From an uncultured bacterium (GTDB lineage: Bacteria > Verrucomicrobiota > Verrucomicrobiia > Limisphaerales > UBA8199): a stretch of DNA of 64,000 bases. The position numbers were made by a program, and so were the translations under genes. Location of the stretch: the NCBI GenBank assembly GCA_963749495.1, contig CAVVMW010000006.1, positions 544,001 to 608,000 of the forward strand, given 5' to 3'. The notes under the pieces are model-generated. The model ran no database searches, was not told the DNA's origin, and saw only the letters and a list, made by a program, of their open reading frames with translations. Below are positions 61,829-64,000 of the stretch, one piece after another (position 1 is the first letter of the stretch; every line of letters begins with the position of its first letter).

Positions 61829-64000
61829 ATGCAAACGATTATTGCCCGACGTGAATTCCTGAAAACTGCTTCCGTGGTGGCGGGCGGGTTGGCCTTGGAG
61901 GGCCTTGCGAGCGCTGCACCGCCCGGCGCAGCCGGCGCATCGCCGGGCCTGGCCGTTGCAGACCTGCCCAAAGGGTCCGCTCCGCCGCCGGTCCCTTTTC
62001 CACATTTCCCGGATAGCCTGCACGCGTTCGTTTGGCGGAACTGGCCGCTGGTGCCGCCGGAGCGGATGGCCCGGGTCGCGGGCGCCCGCGCGGCGGACAT
62101 CCTCCGGATGGGACACGCCATGGGTTTGGGCCGCCCGCCCCGGATTACCCGCGAGCAACAGGCCCGTTCCTACATCACCGTCATCAAGCGGAATTGGCAT
62201 CTGCTGCCTTACGAGCAGTTGCTCGACCTTCTGGGTTGGACGCCGGAGCAATTGGCCTACACGTTGCGTGAAGACGATTTTCTCTTCGTCAAGCTTGGGA
62301 ACCTCAAGCCCCGGTGCCCTCGGCTGGCCTGGCGGGCGCCCGCGCAAAGCGCCCTGGAGCGGGAAGGCGAGATGGCGCGCATCCTGGCGCAGGAGCTTGG
62401 TGCCGCTCCAGCACAGGCCGGCGAGCCGCTCTTTGGGTTCATCGCGAGGCTTTCACGGAAGCCCGCGGGGGCGTATCCGGACACTGCCCCCGGAGTGCGC
62501 CCGTCCCCGGGCGCAGCAGCGACGGAGCGGGGAGGCGCGCCGGAGTACTTGACCACTGCCATGGCGGTGGACGTCGCTGCGCCCGAGGACGGGCGCACTC
62601 CCACCTCGCCGCAGCCGGTGGGGGCGGTGTCGGGATGCGCCGAGCCCGCAGGGCCTGGCCGCCCGCTGCTTTCTGAGGACCTCAAGTTCTGCTATTCCTA
62701 CTTCGCTCCTTACGGAAATCCGCTGCTGGGAAAGGAGTTGGACCCATATCCGGAGGGCTACCTCGCTCAACTGGCGCAGGCCGGCGTGAACGGCGTCTGG
62801 CTCCAGGCGGTGCTCTACAAGCTGGCCCCGTTCCCGTGGGAACCGGACCTGAGCGCACAGCACCGGACCCGGCTCAAGAACCTGCAGGGCCTCGTGGCCC
62901 GCGCCCGCCGGCGCGGCATCCGGGTGTTCCTCTACCTGAACGAACCGCGGGCGATGCCGCTGCGGTTTTTCGAGGGCCGCGGGCAGGCTCAAGGGTGTGG
63001 TTGAAGGCGATCATGCCGACCCTTTGCACGAGCCGGCCGGAGGTGCAGCGCTACCTGGTCCAGGCCGTAGCCGGGATTTGCCGGGCCGTGCCCGATCTGG
63101 GTGGTTTCTTCAGCATCACCGCGTCCGAGAACCTGACCAATTGCTGGTCCCACGGCCAAGGCGCCCGGTGCCCGCGTTGCGCCGGGCGCCGGCCGGGGGA
63201 AGTCATCGCCGAGGTCAACAGGCTGTTTTTCGAGGGCATCCGCCAGTCCGGCGCGCCGGCCCGGCTCATTGCCTGGGACTGGGGCTGGAGCGAGACGTGG
63301 GCCGGCGAGGCCATCAGCGGGCTGCCCGACCAGGCCGCCCTGATGAGCGTGAGCGAATGGGAGCTCGCTATCGAGCGCGGGGGCGTCAAGAGCGAGGTCG
63401 GCGAATACTCGATTTCGGCCGTGGGTCCCGGGCCGCGGGCGCGGCGGCACTGGGGCCTGGCACAGAAGCGAGGGCTGAAAACCATCGCCAAGATCCAGGC
63501 CGGCAATACCTGGGAGCTTTCGGCGGTGCCCTATATCCCGGCGGTGGCAAACGTGGCGCGCCAGGCAGAGCAGTTGCGTGCCAGCGGCGTGCGCGGTTTC
63601 ATGCTGGGCTGGACACTAGGCGGGTTTCCCTCGCCGAACCTGGAGGTGGTCTCGGAGACCCTCGCGTGCGGGTCGGCCCAGGAGGCGATGCGGCGCGTAG
63701 CGGAACGGCGTTTTGGGGCCCGGCTCGCCCCGGACGTGGTCAGGGCCTGGCGTGGCTTCAGCGCCGCGTTTTCAGAATTCCCCTTCCATGTCGGGGTGCT
63801 TTACTCCGGCCCGCAACAGCTCGGTCCGGCCAACCTGCTCTGGGCCGAGCCAACCGGCTTGCCGGCCACGATGGTCGGGTTTCCTTACGACGACCTGGAG
63901 GCCTGGCGGGCGGTCTATCCGCCGGGGGTCTTCATCGGGCAGTTGGAGAAGGTCGCAGACGGCTTCGACGCCGCGTTGGCGCAACTCCGGGCTGCAGTGG
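61829..64000 (+). CDS. Tat-exported hypothetical glycoside-hydrolase-like protein (partial; frameshift near 62990)
   Basis: ARREFLK Tat motif; GVNGVWLQAVL, GIRVFLYLNEPR; continues ITASENLTNCWSH..IAWDWGW in another frame. Confidence 0.7.
62469..62642. mobile_element. 174-bp MITE-like element inserted in frame in a CDS
   Basis: Ends GGGCGTATCC / GGATGCGCCG; homologous to 50070-50243. Confidence 0.8.

Noticed and set aside
15130..63000. Programmed frameshifting or mass pseudogenisation (pheA, response regulator, giant protein, transposase, GH78, small toxin, Tat protein)
   Set aside because: Those I could localise are mostly 1-nt losses in G/C homopolymers, including in a biosynthetic gene; typical long-read error
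1..64000. tRNA, rRNA, riboswitch or integron attC sites
   Set aside because: None recognised by eye; a covariance-model scan would be needed to exclude them

Overview
High-GC bacterial chromosome segment, probably Verrucomicrobiota subdivision 3 (Pedosphaera/Limisphaera-like). The taxon is inferred from GloVer-repeat, lamin-tail/CotH and DUF4058 proteins and a shared C-terminal RFYRV domain. Housekeeping genes (trpS, scpA-scpB-pheA, recQ, mug) alternate with carbohydrate genes (GH94 cellobionic-acid phosphorylase plus GPH transporter, two sulfatases, a GH78), large secreted repeat proteins, a serpin, an IS1634 element and about seven toxin-antitoxin-like modules. Several genes carry 1-nt deletions, mostly in G/C runs, that look like long-read errors. 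Highlights: (1) a five-gene ferrosome-type (fez, P1B-6 ATPase) operon downstream of a DtxR/MntR regulator; (2) a low-GC island with an uncharacterised three-gene operon (Cys-His putative effector) next to two tandem copies of a G-U-rich structured RNA-like element; (3) a recurring architecture in which REP-type palindromes sit inside IS-like terminal inverted repeats, some with target duplications, including a 174-bp copy inserted in frame in a protein; (4) two more uncharacterised two-gene modules. All family assignments come from motif recognition by eye; no database search was run.
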